Positions 37,854 to 47,643 of a stretch of 64,000 nucleotides of DNA are shown here, one piece after another. The DNA lies in assembly GCA_002364485.1 (NCBI GenBank), contig DEYK01000054.1, forward strand, positions 20,218 through 84,217. The letters run 5' to 3'. The stretch is from Phycisphaerales bacterium UBA3160. GTDB taxonomy: Bacteria; Planctomycetota; Phycisphaerae; Phycisphaerales; SM1A02. The notes beneath the pieces were generated by a model, which saw nothing but the letters and a program-made list of their open reading frames with translations, was not told the DNA's origin and did not search any database. Position numbers and translations under genes: made by a program. Position 1 is the stretch's first letter; each line of letters starts with the position of its first letter.

Positions 37854-39764
37854 TCAGGCCTCGTCCGCGCGGCGTTCCCATTCCGCATGAAGCGGAATCA
37901 GGTCGCTCTCGACGGCGATCCGCTCATCCGAAAGTTCCTTGACCTTCGTTCCGTCGGAGTACACCTCGGGCTTGACGAGTTCGGCGTCGATCTCCGCACG
38001 TCGCTGCTCCCCCGCTTCGATCCGTCGTTCGAGATCCCGAAGTGACATCGACTCCATGGAACCGTCGCGTGCGGGAGTCTTCTTCGCAGGCTTCTTCTTC
38101 TTCGGCTGCGACGTCCGCTCCGGCTCGACCGGCGACCCCACTCCCTGCAGCCAGGCATCGACGTCGTGAACCAGTTGCGCCGAGCCGCGTCCATCGAGCA
38201 CCAGTAGATTCGAACAGGTGGCTGACAGAAGAGCCCGGTCGTGACTGATCAGCAGCATGGTCCCGGTGAAGGGGCCATCGACGGCAAGAACCTGTTCCAG
38301 CCGTTCCGCCGAGGCGATGTCCAGGTGGTTGGTCGGTTCATCCAGGACAAGAAGATTGTGCCCACCCGCCACGATGCCGGCCAGCACCGCCCGGGACCGC
38401 TCGCCCCCGGACAGCGAACCGAGCGCCTGCTCCTGCCGCGCACCACTGAAGAGGAACGCCCCCGCGAGATCGCGGGCCTGCTGCTCGGACACGGGGCTCC
38501 CATGCGAACGGGTCAGCTCCGACTGGAGGTACTGCCAGACCTCCATGGTCGGATCGAGGTGTCCGTGGGTCTGCCGGTACCAGCCGATGTTGAGACGGCT
38601 TCCGATCCGAACGTCACCCTCATCCGAGTCGATCTCACCGAGCAGGCATCGCACGAGCGTCGTCTTGCCGCTTCCATTGGGACCGACGATGCCGATGCGT
38701 TCTCCACGTTGAATGGCCAGATCCAGACCCTTGAAGAGGCTCTCTCCGTCCCATGCCATCGAGATGCCTTCGACCTGGAGGACCTGGTCGCCGCTGCGCT
38801 GCGTCTCCGGCAACTGGAGATTCATCAGACCCTCGTTGCGGTCGGGCTCCTCGATGTGCTCCTCCTTGAAACGATCGAGTCGAGCCGCACGCCCGCGGGC
38901 CTGCTTCGCCCGCTGGCCGGCCTTGTACTTGCGAATGAAGGCTTCCTCCCGACGCACCCGGTCCAGGTTCTTGTCATGAAGTCGCTGGGCCGTGAGATCC
39001 TGCTGCGTCTTCTGATCAAGGTAGTGCGAGTACGGGCCGGTGTAGTCGCGGATGCGCGTGTTGGCCAGTTCGATCGTGCGACTGCAGGCACGCTCCAGAA
39101 GCCAGCGGTCATGACTGACGAGAATGATCGCCCCCCGGAACTCGTTGGTCAGAAATCCCTCCAGCCAGCGCCGCCCGTCGATGTCGAGGTGATTCGTCGG
39201 CTCGTCGAGCAGCAGCAGATCGGGCTCCTCCAGCAGGAGTCTGGCCAGGGCCAGTCTCGCCTGTTCCCCTCCCGAGAGCGTCGACGCGGGTTGCTCGAAC
39301 TGTTCGTCCGTGAAGCCCAGACCGTGCAGCGTTGCTTCGATTCGATGATCGACGACCCAACCGCCGGCCGCCTCGAGGCGCGCTTCGATGTCGACCTGTT
39401 GCCGCATCAACTTTTCCAGTCCATCACCCTCGGCCACGGCCATCGCTTCGTAGGTGGCTTCCAACTCGGTCCGAAGCGACTCGAGCTGTTCGAAGGCCGC
39501 AGCCGCGGCGCCCCGGACCGTCATGCCCGGCTCGAAGACGTGTTCCTGCGCAAGGGATCCGATGCGCGTCCCGCGTCCGCGGTCGACGCTGCCCCGATCG
39601 GGCTGCTCCCGGCCTTCGATCAACGACAGCAGGGTGCTCTTGCCGCAACCGTTGCGACCGACCAGACCGACCCGTTCACCGGGCTCGAAACTGACCGAGA
39701 CCCCGTCGAGCACAACGGTGTGGCCACGGCGGCAGTACAGACTTGAACAGGACAACAGAGGCAT
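37854..39764 (-). CDS. ABC-F family ATPase (Uup-like)
   Basis: Two ABC cassettes (GRNGCGKST, GPNGSGKTT; LSGGEQARLAL, LSGGERSRAVL) with no TM domain. A C-terminal basic/coiled-coil tail resembles Uup. Confidence 0.88.
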   Translation of the reverse strand: MPLLSCSSLYCRRGHTVVLDGVSVSFEPGERVGLVGRNGCGKSTLLSLIEGREQPDRGSVDRGRGTRIGSLAQEHVFEPGMTVRGAAAAAFEQLESLRTELEATYEAMAVAEGDGLEKLMRQQVDIEARLEAAGGWVVDHRIEATLHGLGFTDEQFEQPASTLSGGEQARLALARLLLEEPDLLLLDEPTNHLDIDGRRWLEGFLTNEFRGAIILVSHDRWLLERACSRTIELANTRIRDYTGPYSHYLDQKTQQDLTAQRLHDKNLDRVRREEAFIRKYKAGQRAKQARGRAARLDRFKEEHIEEPDRNEGLMNLQLPETQRSGDQVLQVEGISMAWDGESLFKGLDLAIQRGERIGIVGPNGSGKTTLVRCLLGEIDSDEGDVRIGSRLNIGWYRQTHGHLDPTMEVWQYLQSELTRSHGSPVSEQQARDLAGAFLFSGARQEQALGSLSGGERSRAVLAGIVAGGHNLLVLDEPTNHLDIASAERLEQVLAVDGPFTGTMLLISHDRALLSATCSNLLVLDGRGSAQLVHDVDAWLQGVGSPVEPERTSQPKKKKPAKKTPARDGSMESMSLRDLERRIEAGEQRRAEIDAELVKPEVYSDGTKVKELSDERIAVESDLIPLHAEWERRADEA

Positions 39765-39862
39765 GAAGACCGTCAGTGTACAGGTACGGGATCGGAGGCT
39801 TGGTGCCCGGCATGCTGGCGCCTATGCTGTACGTGAACCGACACGCATCAGGAACGACTCGA

Positions 39863-40384
39863 ATGAACCACCGTGCACTCTGGGCCCCCTGGCGACTGGC
39901 GTACCTGCAGGACTGCGACGAAGCCCGGGAGGATGCCGATCGCACCGCCGAGATCCAGCACTTCCTCGAGGCGTACTGGGCCGCTCCTGCGGACGATGAA
40001 GCCAACTTCGTGGTCCACCGCAGCGATCGGGGAATGATCCTCCTCAACCGCTACCCCTACTCGAACGGACACCTGCTGGTCGCACTGGGCGAAGGACGTC
40101 CCGGAATCCTCGACTACGACACGACGGATCGGGCCGCATTCTGGGCTCTTGCAGAACGGGCCGCAGACCTGCTGCAGCGGGCATTGAAGCCTCATGGAAT
40201 CAACTTCGGGATCAACCAGGGAGAGGCCGCCGGAGCCGGGATTCCCGGTCACCTGCACGGCCATCTGGTGCCGCGATGGGAAGGCGACACGAACTTCATG
40301 ACGGTGACGGGTGGAACCCGGGTCATTCCCTCGAGTCTCGAGGACATGACCGGTCTCCTGCGGACGACCGATCGGGAGATCTGA
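39863..40384 (+). CDS. HIT-family nucleotide hydrolase/phosphorylase (Ap4A phosphorylase-like)
   Basis: LWAPWRLAYL N-terminus, LLNRYPYSNGHLLV and the histidine triad GHLHGHLVPRW. Confidence 0.8.
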   Translation: MNHRALWAPWRLAYLQDCDEAREDADRTAEIQHFLEAYWAAPADDEANFVVHRSDRGMILLNRYPYSNGHLLVALGEGRPGILDYDTTDRAAFWALAERAADLLQRALKPHGINFGINQGEAAGAGIPGHLHGHLVPRWEGDTNFMTVTGGTRVIPSSLEDMTGLLRTTDREI

Positions 40385-40388
40385 AGGC

Positions 40389-40630
40389 GACGACCGTGAA
40401 TCCCAACGGGTCCAGTCCGGATCGAGGTCTCGAAGGACCAGCGATCCGTACGTACGGGGAAGCGCTCGAACCCCAGTTCAAAGTGGGCTCGCGACTCGAC
40501 GTTCCCGGTCTTCCACGCCCCGTACAGGGCAGAGGCATGACCATCGACGCGTGTTCGACGATCCCTGGGGATCAAGCAGGAACGAGCACAGTCCCGTGAC
40601 GAAGACGGACCCGTGGGATTCACGGCCGTC
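40389..40630. repeat. 242-bp element bounded by 24-25 nt inverted repeats (MITE-like element or closing helix of a structured RNA)
   Basis: The left arm GACGACCGTGAATCCCAACGGGTCC (40389-40413) is the reverse complement of the right arm GGACCCGTGGGATTCACGGCCGTC (40607-40630), with one mismatch and one 1-nt indel. The interior contains nested local hairpins (CGGATCG...CGATCCG). Confidence 0.55.
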
Positions 40631-40794
40631 ACATTGACGATACTACGCTTCCGGTGGCGAGGAGGTGGCAAATTCCCATTCAAATCGACCTTTGCGGGGC
40701 CTTCATTGACAACCCAGCGGACCTCGGGGACACTGTGGAATCACCCCTGCCAAGTGCGGCAGTGGACCGAGAACCGTTGCTGGAGAAGATCCAA

Positions 40795-41079
40795 ATGAAG
40801 CGTATCGCCCTGCTACTGGCCCCTGTCATCCTTGCTCTTCCGCTTTCCGCGTGCAGCAGCGATCCCAACAATGTCAGCTACAAGGCCATCACCGGCAACC
40901 TCAGTCCCGAGATGTCCGGGCTTTCCCAGCGTCCCGTGGACCGTGACACCGATCTGGCCGTCACGAACAATCAGAACCTCCGCATGTTCAACGACGATCT
41001 CGGTCGCGTGTTCTACACGAACCATGCGAGCACCCTGAGTCCGTATCCGGTCACGAACCTCAGCGGTTCACCGGAATAA
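40795..41079 (+). CDS. small hypothetical lipoprotein
   Basis: Lipobox MKRIALLLAPVILALPLSAC. GGAGAAG lies 8 nt upstream. Confidence 0.55.
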   Translation: MKRIALLLAPVILALPLSACSSDPNNVSYKAITGNLSPEMSGLSQRPVDRDTDLAVTNNQNLRMFNDDLGRVFYTNHASTLSPYPVTNLSGSPE

Positions 41080-41132
41080 GCAACGAAGCATGAAGACCAC
41101 CACGACCCGCCTTCACCGGGGGGGAATGCAAC

Positions 41133-42533
41133 ATGCGCCCGGACGGCATCGGTACGTCGATGCCTGATCGGCGCATCCACCTGCTCAATCCACTCCAGGC
41201 GATACGGGGCGTGTTCGGCTCATTCCTTCCCTCGAGCATGCCGTACCTGACACGCGCCTCGTACGCGAGGGAACTGCCGGCCTGGGCGCTGCTTCCGGTG
41301 ATGACGGGCATCCTCGAGGGAGGGGTCGTCGGCGTCATCGTCCAGAAACTCTACGACGGCGTGGTCCCCGACGAACTGCTGTACCTGATCATCGCGTTTC
41401 TGACCGGTCTGCAGGCGACCGCAAACGTATTCAGCTTCGCATGGGCGGCCCTCAGCCACCGCAGAGGGAAGATCAAGTTGCTCGTGGGCATGCAGCTCGG
41501 CTGCGCCCTGTGCACGGCACTGCCGGCCCTCGCGTCGAACAACCTCATGGGCATGTGGCTGTTCGTCATCGGCGTGGTCGGAGCCAGGCTCTGCTGGTCG
41601 GGGGTGATCACGCTTCGTTCGGCGGTCTGGGCATCGAACTATCCACGCGAGGTTCGGGCACGAATCGCCGGAAAGTTCGCCACCATCCAGGCCCTCGTGC
41701 TCGCGGGAGTCAGCGCCCTCATCGGCGTCCTGATGGACTGGGACCAGGATGCCTATCGCTGGGCCTATCCACTGGCCGCGGTCATCGGCATCCTCGGAAC
41801 CGCCGCCTACAGCCGCATCCGCATGCGTGGCCATGCCGCACTCCTTCGCGATGAACGCAACGCATCCGAGGATGCCGATGCCCACGAGCCCTCGCTGAAT
41901 CCGCTGCGAATGCTCCGGTTTCTCAGGAGCGACATCGAATTCACCAAGTTCATGAGCTGCCAGTTCCTGCTTGGAACGGGAAACATGATGATCGGCGCTC
42001 CACTGATCATCGTGCTGACCACCGTGTACATGATGGACTACCTGCAGGCCATCGCCATCATGACCACGATTCCGATCCTGCTGATGCCGCTGTCCATTCC
42101 CCTCTGGTCACGATTCCTGAACCGGGTCCACATCATCCGATTCCGTGCCGTGCATTCATGGATCTTCGTGGTCACCACGACGATCCTCGTGATCAGCATC
42201 GCGACGGGCTGGTTGCCGGGTCTGTGGATCGCCGCAGTGATCAGAGGCATCGCCTTCGGCGGAGGCGTCCTGGCCTGGAACCTCGGGCACCTCGACTTCT
42301 CCTCCGTGTCGTCGGCTTCCACCTACATGGGAGTCCACGTGACGCTGACAGGCCTTCGGGGCCTGCTGGCTCCTCCGCTGGGGGTCCTGCTCTACGAACT
42401 CCTGAAACCCGTCAATCCGACCGGCTCGATCGTGTTCTGCGTCGCTCTCAGCTTCATTCTGGCCGGTGCCATTGGATTCGTCCTGCTCTCAAGGCGCCTG
42501 AAAGGCCCTTCAGGGCTGCCTGAGAGCGACTGA
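41133..42533 (+). CDS. polytopic membrane transporter, probably MFS
   Basis: About 12 hydrophobic segments in two halves separated by a charged loop. No diagnostic motif was recognised with certainty. Confidence 0.5.
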   Translation: MRPDGIGTSMPDRRIHLLNPLQAIRGVFGSFLPSSMPYLTRASYARELPAWALLPVMTGILEGGVVGVIVQKLYDGVVPDELLYLIIAFLTGLQATANVFSFAWAALSHRRGKIKLLVGMQLGCALCTALPALASNNLMGMWLFVIGVVGARLCWSGVITLRSAVWASNYPREVRARIAGKFATIQALVLAGVSALIGVLMDWDQDAYRWAYPLAAVIGILGTAAYSRIRMRGHAALLRDERNASEDADAHEPSLNPLRMLRFLRSDIEFTKFMSCQFLLGTGNMMIGAPLIIVLTTVYMMDYLQAIAIMTTIPILLMPLSIPLWSRFLNRVHIIRFRAVHSWIFVVTTTILVISIATGWLPGLWIAAVIRGIAFGGGVLAWNLGHLDFSSVSSASTYMGVHVTLTGLRGLLAPPLGVLLYELLKPVNPTGSIVFCVALSFILAGAIGFVLLSRRLKGPSGLPESD

Positions 42534-42549
42534 GGAAACGGGTTCTCCC

Positions 42550-42578
42550 TTCAATTCACCTTCCGGAGCGGCTATACT
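42550..42578 (+). promoter_or_regulatory. candidate sigma-70 promoter for rpsA
   Basis: TTCAAT, a 17-nt spacer, then TATACT. This AT-rich hexamer is conspicuous in GC-rich DNA. It would give a 5' leader of about 135 nt before rpsA. Confidence 0.3.
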
Positions 42579-42717
42579 GCTCGATTCAAGACGGCGGAAC
42601 CCCGCCGGCTTCGAGGTGATGTTCCGGCAGCGAGCCGGAACCTCGAATCCCGGCATGATCCTCAGCCCTGCGTACCGCGGCACGCACCCTCCGCCTGTCC
42701 AGCCGCATTGAACCATC

Positions 42718-44457
<1,740 letters not shown>

Positions 44458-44490
44458 TCGAGTCCCGCATGCCATCGAAGAGACAAAAGA

Positions 44491-44530
44491 ACAGCCCGCG
44501 ATACGCAAGTGTCGCGGGCTGTTTCTCCTC
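44491..44530. terminator. bidirectional Rho-independent terminator after rpsA
   Basis: ACAGCCCGCGA (44491-44501) pairs perfectly with TCGCGGGCTGT (44512-44522). TTTCTCC follows on the plus strand. The A-rich AGACAAAAGA upstream gives a T-run on the minus strand. Confidence 0.75.
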
Positions 44531-44555
44531 CTCGCCGAAATACCGTTGCCCGCCG

Positions 44556-44642
44556 TCAGCAGAGAACGATGAATGTGAGCACCGTCAGGAAAGCGAGTTT
44601 CCTTCGATGCACGGTCCATTCCGTAAGTGCCTGCAGATGCAT
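44556..44642 (-). CDS. candidate small hydrophobic protein (28 aa: MHLQALTEWTVHRRKLAFLTVLTFIVLC)
   Basis: GAGGAG lies 8 nt upstream of the ATG. The C-terminal half is a TM-like helix. The stop lies 34 nt upstream of the minus-strand face of the bidirectional terminator. An alternative 50-aa form starts at 44708. Confidence 0.3.
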   Translation of the reverse strand: MHLQALTEWTVHRRKLAFLTVLTFIVLC

Positions 44643-44810
44643 GACGTGTTCTCCTCTTCGATTGTTCGTTCCGGCGACGGAACATCGTGTCCGTTCCGTC
44701 ACGTTCATGATGCCCCCCCGTTTGGGCCTGTCGAGAGGAAATCCTCTCCTCAAACCGTAATATGGGGTTCAAACACCCCCCACCCGGCCAGCAATGGCGG
44801 AAAAGGCCGC

Positions 44811-46589
44811 ATGACCCGAACACCAAACCTGATCGTGACGCTCATCATCCTGCTCGCCGGAACGCTCTCCGCCGAAGCCACCACGGATTCCTCGCTGCCC
44901 GATGTCGAGGATTCGGTCGCCGCGTGGTACGTATCGCGGGAGTGGGTGGATGCGTTCTCGATTCCCGAACCCGATGCGGAAGCATCGGAGGCTCCGATCG
45001 ACAATGCGACGGGATGTTGCCTGATCATTCGCCAGGAAGGACGCATCATCGGCATCGGCGACGCGATGAAGTCCGAGGGATCCATGCTGCACCGCGCGGC
45101 AAGACGCGCACTGAGCATGGCGCAGGCCGACCCGGCCCTCCGCGCGATCCCGGATGAACTCCTTGCCGAGGTGGGGACGCGACTGACGATCGAACTCGAG
45201 GTCTCGGGCCCGATGCAGCCTCTGATCGGCCGCTCTCCGAAGGAGTTCAGAGACGACATTCATCCGCTTCGTCATGGAATCGCACTGCGATGGAACGATC
45301 AGTGGGCGGTCAAGTACCCGAGCCGCCTTCGCGTGACGAATCGATGGGCGGACACGTCGCTGCTCGACGGAATGGCGATATCGATCGGACTCGATTCCGG
45401 ACTGCGGGACTCCCTCCAGCGCAAGGATGTCGGAGCGTATCGGTTCCGAACCATCGATCTCGCGCAGGCCGCTCCCGATGCGCCCCCACAGCTGGTCGTG
45501 GGCGGGACGATGACGCAACCGACTCCGATGCCGGGTATCCGTGATCTGGTGTCGACCCGAGACTCGATACTCGATCACATCCGACAGCGGCAGTGGCCCG
45601 GCGAAGAGAATCGTGGACTCGTCGGCTCCTACGAGCCCGCTTCGGACCGCTACGACCCGATCGTGGCGACCGCGATGGATCAAGGACTCACCGCCTGGGC
45701 GTTGGGGCGCGTGGCCCAGTCACCCGGGGCCTCGCGAGCGGCACGCGAAGCCGCCTCGGATGCCGCGGCGCAGATCCTCTCCTCACTGCTTGCGAGGGAG
45801 GACGATGCGTCGTACGACCCGCTGGACGACGCGGCGATCCTTCTCGCCCTCGAATCGAACGAAGTGCTTTCCTCTCCCGAAACCGAACGCATCCGCCGCG
45901 AACGCCGCACACGACTTGCCGAAGAGACAGAACGCTGGGTCGAGGACGATGGAAATGCGCGTCGTGGCCACGACCTGGCCCTGGCCTCGATGGCGATCGC
46001 GTTCGGAGGCAACGACGAGGATCGGGCTCTGGCCCGCCGACTCGCCGATGCCGCCTGGGACCGCACGACGGTCGAGCAGCAGGTGTCCCTCCTGCCCTGG
46101 ATCGCATGGACCGAGATGCGACTGGCCGAGTCCACCGGCGACCACGCGAGACTGAAGTCGATCGACGAACTCCGCCATCTCGTACTGCAGCGACAGGTCC
46201 CCCCGGGCGAAGAGCGGTTCGGATCCGAACTTGCCGGAGGCATCGTGCTCGGCAAGATGCCCGCCGACGTGACCGCCAAGTCGCTGCGGCCCATCGCCGC
46301 GATGGCGTCGATGTACTCCGACGATCGGATCACCACCGCCCAGGAAAGGGACGAACAGTTCTCGAGACTTCTCCTTGCGATGCGATTCATCATGCAGCTC
46401 CAGGTCGAATCCGGCGACACCTCGATCTACCGGAACGCATCCCGGACCAACGGCGGCATCCGCATGGCTCTCTGGGACTCGCGAATGCCGACGATCGCAC
46501 AGGCAATGGCTCTTGTCGCACTTTCCGATGCGATCGAACTGCTGCATGTCGATTCAAGCGATCTGCCCCCCGGTGAAGGGCTATACTGA
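44811..46589 (+). CDS. secreted hypothetical protein: AMMECR1-like N-domain plus helical repeat (alpha/alpha-toroid-like) C-domain
   Basis: Signal peptide MTRTPNLIVTLIILLAGTLSAEA. N-domain blocks CCLIIRQEGRIIGIG, ADPALRAIPDELL..LTIELEVSGPMQPL, LRHGIALRWNDQWAVKYPS and GAYRFRTIDL follow the AMMECR1 order. The C-terminal part is rich in paired amphipathic helices. The track ORF start at 43563 is out of frame within rpsA. Confidence 0.65.
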   Translation: MTRTPNLIVTLIILLAGTLSAEATTDSSLPDVEDSVAAWYVSREWVDAFSIPEPDAEASEAPIDNATGCCLIIRQEGRIIGIGDAMKSEGSMLHRAARRALSMAQADPALRAIPDELLAEVGTRLTIELEVSGPMQPLIGRSPKEFRDDIHPLRHGIALRWNDQWAVKYPSRLRVTNRWADTSLLDGMAISIGLDSGLRDSLQRKDVGAYRFRTIDLAQAAPDAPPQLVVGGTMTQPTPMPGIRDLVSTRDSILDHIRQRQWPGEENRGLVGSYEPASDRYDPIVATAMDQGLTAWALGRVAQSPGASRAAREAASDAAAQILSSLLAREDDASYDPLDDAAILLALESNEVLSSPETERIRRERRTRLAEETERWVEDDGNARRGHDLALASMAIAFGGNDEDRALARRLADAAWDRTTVEQQVSLLPWIAWTEMRLAESTGDHARLKSIDELRHLVLQRQVPPGEERFGSELAGGIVLGKMPADVTAKSLRPIAAMASMYSDDRITTAQERDEQFSRLLLAMRFIMQLQVESGDTSIYRNASRTNGGIRMALWDSRMPTIAQAMALVALSDAIELLHVDSSDLPPGEGLY

Positions 46590-46629
46590 AGTTCGTCCAA
46601 GAAACCGGACGTGCGACAGGACGACCGAC

Positions 46630-47643
46630 ATGACGACAAGCTTCCGCATCCGAGCATTCCTCACCTCGATTCTCCTCGTGGGTCTCGCATCCGTGTCGAC
46701 GACTCCCGCTGCTGCGCAGCTTTCACCGAACTTCAAGGCGTCATCGAGCACGGTGGGAGCCGAAGCGGTCATTCTCGGCAAGCTCGTCTACACCGATGTC
46801 ACGGTGCAGTTCAACCAGACGGAACTGCGGCAGGTCATGACGTTCCTCCAGACGCTGCTCGACGTCCAGATGATCATCTACTGGCAGAACGACAAGAACG
46901 TCGTCGGCCTTGACCCCGAGAAGACGATCACCATCGAATCCGAAGACACCCCCGCACTCAATCTCCTGCAGCGGATCCTCGAGCAGTGCTCGACCGACGG
47001 AGAGGAGTACACCTGGCAGCTTCGCCAGGGCATGCTCGAAATCGGAACCAAGGATCGTCTCGGAAGAAAGTCCGCACAGGTCCTCAAGATGTACAACATC
47101 GAGAACCTCATCCTCGAGATTCCGGACTTCGACAATGCACCAACCCTCGACCTTGGAAACTTCGGTGGAGGTGGTGGCGGACTCGGAGGCGGCGGTTTCG
47201 GAGGAGGCGGTGGTGTCGGCGGCGGCGGCGGCGGCGGCCGGAGCGGTGGCTTCGGCGGCGGTGGCGGCGGAACCGGCGGCGGTGGCGGCGGCGGCGGCTC
47301 CCTGGCCCCGACCAATGAAGAGGACCGCATCGAGAAACTCGTCCTTCTCATCACGACCTTCATCGAACCGGATGCATGGCGTCGCAACGGCGGCGACATT
47401 GCTTCCATCGAAGCCTACCGGGGCAATCTGCTCATCAAGGCACCCGATTTCATCCAGCGCCAGCTGGAGGGATACGCCTTCAGGCCCACTCGTCCGGCGG
47501 GCAGCCAGGGGGGGCGATCACTGACCTACGAACAGTCCAACGTCGTCGTCAGCGTACCGCTGTCCCAGCGACTTCGGCGACAACGTGCCGCGGAAGATGC
47601 CGCTCGCAGGAAGCCCGCAGGCGGCAAGCCGACGACTCCCTGA
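46630..47643 (+). CDS. secreted protein with secretin N-domain-like modules split by a poly-glycine linker
   Basis: Signal peptide MTTSFRIRAFLTSILLVGLASVSTTPAAAQ. An STN/N0-like block (VQFNQTELRQVMTFLQTLLDVQMIIYW) is followed by VLKMYNIENLI. After the Gly tract comes IEKLVLLITTFIEPDAWRRNGGDIASIEAYRGNLLIKAPDFIQRQLEGY. No secretin beta-barrel is present. Confidence 0.65.
   Translation: MTTSFRIRAFLTSILLVGLASVSTTPAAAQLSPNFKASSSTVGAEAVILGKLVYTDVTVQFNQTELRQVMTFLQTLLDVQMIIYWQNDKNVVGLDPEKTITIESEDTPALNLLQRILEQCSTDGEEYTWQLRQGMLEIGTKDRLGRKSAQVLKMYNIENLILEIPDFDNAPTLDLGNFGGGGGGLGGGGFGGGGGVGGGGGGGRSGGFGGGGGGTGGGGGGGGSLAPTNEEDRIEKLVLLITTFIEPDAWRRNGGDIASIEAYRGNLLIKAPDFIQRQLEGYAFRPTRPAGSQGGRSLTYEQSNVVVSVPLSQRLRRQRAAEDAARRKPAGGKPTTP
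47161..47298 (+). repeat. GGN-codon low-complexity tract (about 45 codons, nearly all Gly)
   Basis: Runs of GGC/GGT/GGA encode FGGGGGGLGGGGFGGGGGVGGGGGGGRSGGFGGGGGGTGGGGGGGGS inside the CDS 46630-47643. Confidence 0.9.

Noticed and set aside
38241-39746. 501-aa plus-strand ORF
   Set aside because: It lies antisense to the ABC-F (Uup-like) gene, which has two clear ABC cassettes.
40385-40794. Possibility that the 410-bp gap encodes RNase P RNA, tmRNA, SRP RNA or 6S RNA
   Set aside because: I could not find the conserved cores on either strand: the RNase P GAGGAAAGUCCGG/ACAGAA elements, the tmRNA tRNA-like 3' end with a tag ORF, or the SRP GGAAGCAGCC loop. The interior also does not fold as a 6S-like rod. 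It is kept only as an unclassified inverted-repeat element.
46579-46588. GGCTATACTG shared with the rpsA upstream region (42570-42579), as a possible common -10 element
   Set aside because: At 46579 the sequence encodes the last codons and the stop (G L Y *) of the upstream gene, and no -35 lies at proper spacing. A single 10-mer coincidence cannot be evaluated without a genome-wide count. Only the rpsA copy is kept, as a low-confidence promoter.
46878-47408. Minus-strand ORF encoding a poly-proline protein (PPPPPPPVPPPPPPKPP...)
   Set aside because: It is the mirror image of the GGN glycine tract. The plus-strand gene has a signal peptide and domain-like flanks.
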